This document shows, piece after piece, positions 63,695-64,000 of a stretch of 64,000 bases of DNA. This DNA is from Patescibacteria group bacterium UBA6017. GTDB taxonomy: Bacteria; Patescibacteriota; Saccharimonadia; UBA4664. The stretch lies in the NCBI GenBank assembly GCA_002429485.1, contig DIZX01000016.1, positions 14,889-78,888 on the forward strand, given 5' to 3'. A model generated the notes under the pieces. The model worked only from the letters and a program-made list of their open reading frames with translations, searched no databases and was not told where the DNA came from. Every line of letters starts with the position of its first letter. Position 1 is the stretch's first letter. The translations under genes were made by a program, and so were the position numbers.

Positions 63695-64000
63695 ATGACT
63701 ATTGTAGGAGGAATTCCTGGTAGTAACTCTCAACTCGACGGCTCATCTGCGTTGCCAGTACCTTGGGGTATCGATCGAGGCCTTCCCCATCAGGATACGC
63801 TTCCCGGAGTCTTCCCCGAACCGGTGAAAACGTCCTGCCCGTGTGACGGAGGAGTCCACGACGTCAGCTATGGAACCCGTCAAGAGGGTGAATGCCAGCT
63901 GCACATCGTGCACACTCGTATTCCTCTGGTGGCGGGTCGGTCTGGAAAGGTGGAGCCGTTCACTCAGCAAGAGCTGCTCACGAAGGCGGGCAGAGAAATC
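63695..64000 (+). CDS. 5' part of a hypothetical gene running off the end of the window.
   Basis: Strong SD AAGGAGG lies 6 nt before the ATG at 63695. The frame stays open to the window end (MTIVGGIPGSNSQLDGSSALPVPWGIDRGLPHQD...). Confidence 0.4.
   Translation, partial: MTIVGGIPGSNSQLDGSSALPVPWGIDRGLPHQDTLPGVFPEPVKTSCPCDGGVHDVSYGTRQEGECQLHIVHTRIPLVAGRSGKVEPFTQQELLTKAGREI

Overview
The window (~64 kb) looks like a stretch of a small-genome bacterial chromosome of about 50-55% GC. Conserved housekeeping genes are identifiable on both strands: guaB, murA, a MurF-like ligase, leuS, leuA, yceD-rpmF-nusB-NUDIX-rnc, smc, rpsP-KH-trmD, an ornithine carbamoyltransferase, two MMPL transporters, a MarR-regulated ABC-exporter pair, tRNA-Ala(GGC) and tRNA-Gln(CTG). 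Several apparently acquired segments are embedded in this backbone.

The first ~7.8 kb is a high-GC island (~62% GC) carrying two defense-type operons. One is a translationally coupled operon with an SMC/Rad50-like zinc-hook ATPase and a small acidic protein; its first gene is cut off by the window edge. The other is a four-gene operon matching the Qat architecture (KAP NTPase, Gly-rich protein, QueC-like PP-loop protein, TatD-like nuclease). The island ends at a lone HTH transposase-like remnant next to a G10 tract.

Immediately downstream is an AT-rich array (~40% GC) of three small cassette-like genes (Ham1/ITPase, SAM methyltransferase, cupin). Each is followed by the same ~39-bp tRNA-3'-end-like repeat ending in CTCCACCA, and the upstream-hairpin copies of the GAGCCGTGAGGCTC motif are followed by a T-run, so they could act as intrinsic terminators.

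Two further islets are flanked by duplicated tRNA 3' ends. A ~1.1-kb islet sits at tRNA-Ala and carries a zinc-ribbon phosphoribosyltransferase. A ~3.2-kb islet sits at tRNA-Gln, is bounded by a perfect 21-bp direct repeat, and carries an aldo/keto reductase, an FAD oxidoreductase and a beta-helix-like protein. Neither islet has an integrase.

Other notable content:
- a Ni-superoxide dismutase with its SodX maturation peptidase;
- a 25-bp perfect inverted repeat between leuA and yceD;
- an rpmF gene (GTG start) that is missing from the ORF track;
- a tandem alpha/beta-hydrolase duplication;
- a redox/flavin cluster at 56.7-63.6 kb (two FNR-like reductases, a PhaC-like hydrolase, a cytochrome-b-like protein, an FMN-binding protein and an ApbE-type flavin transferase).

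No CRISPR array or rRNA gene was seen.
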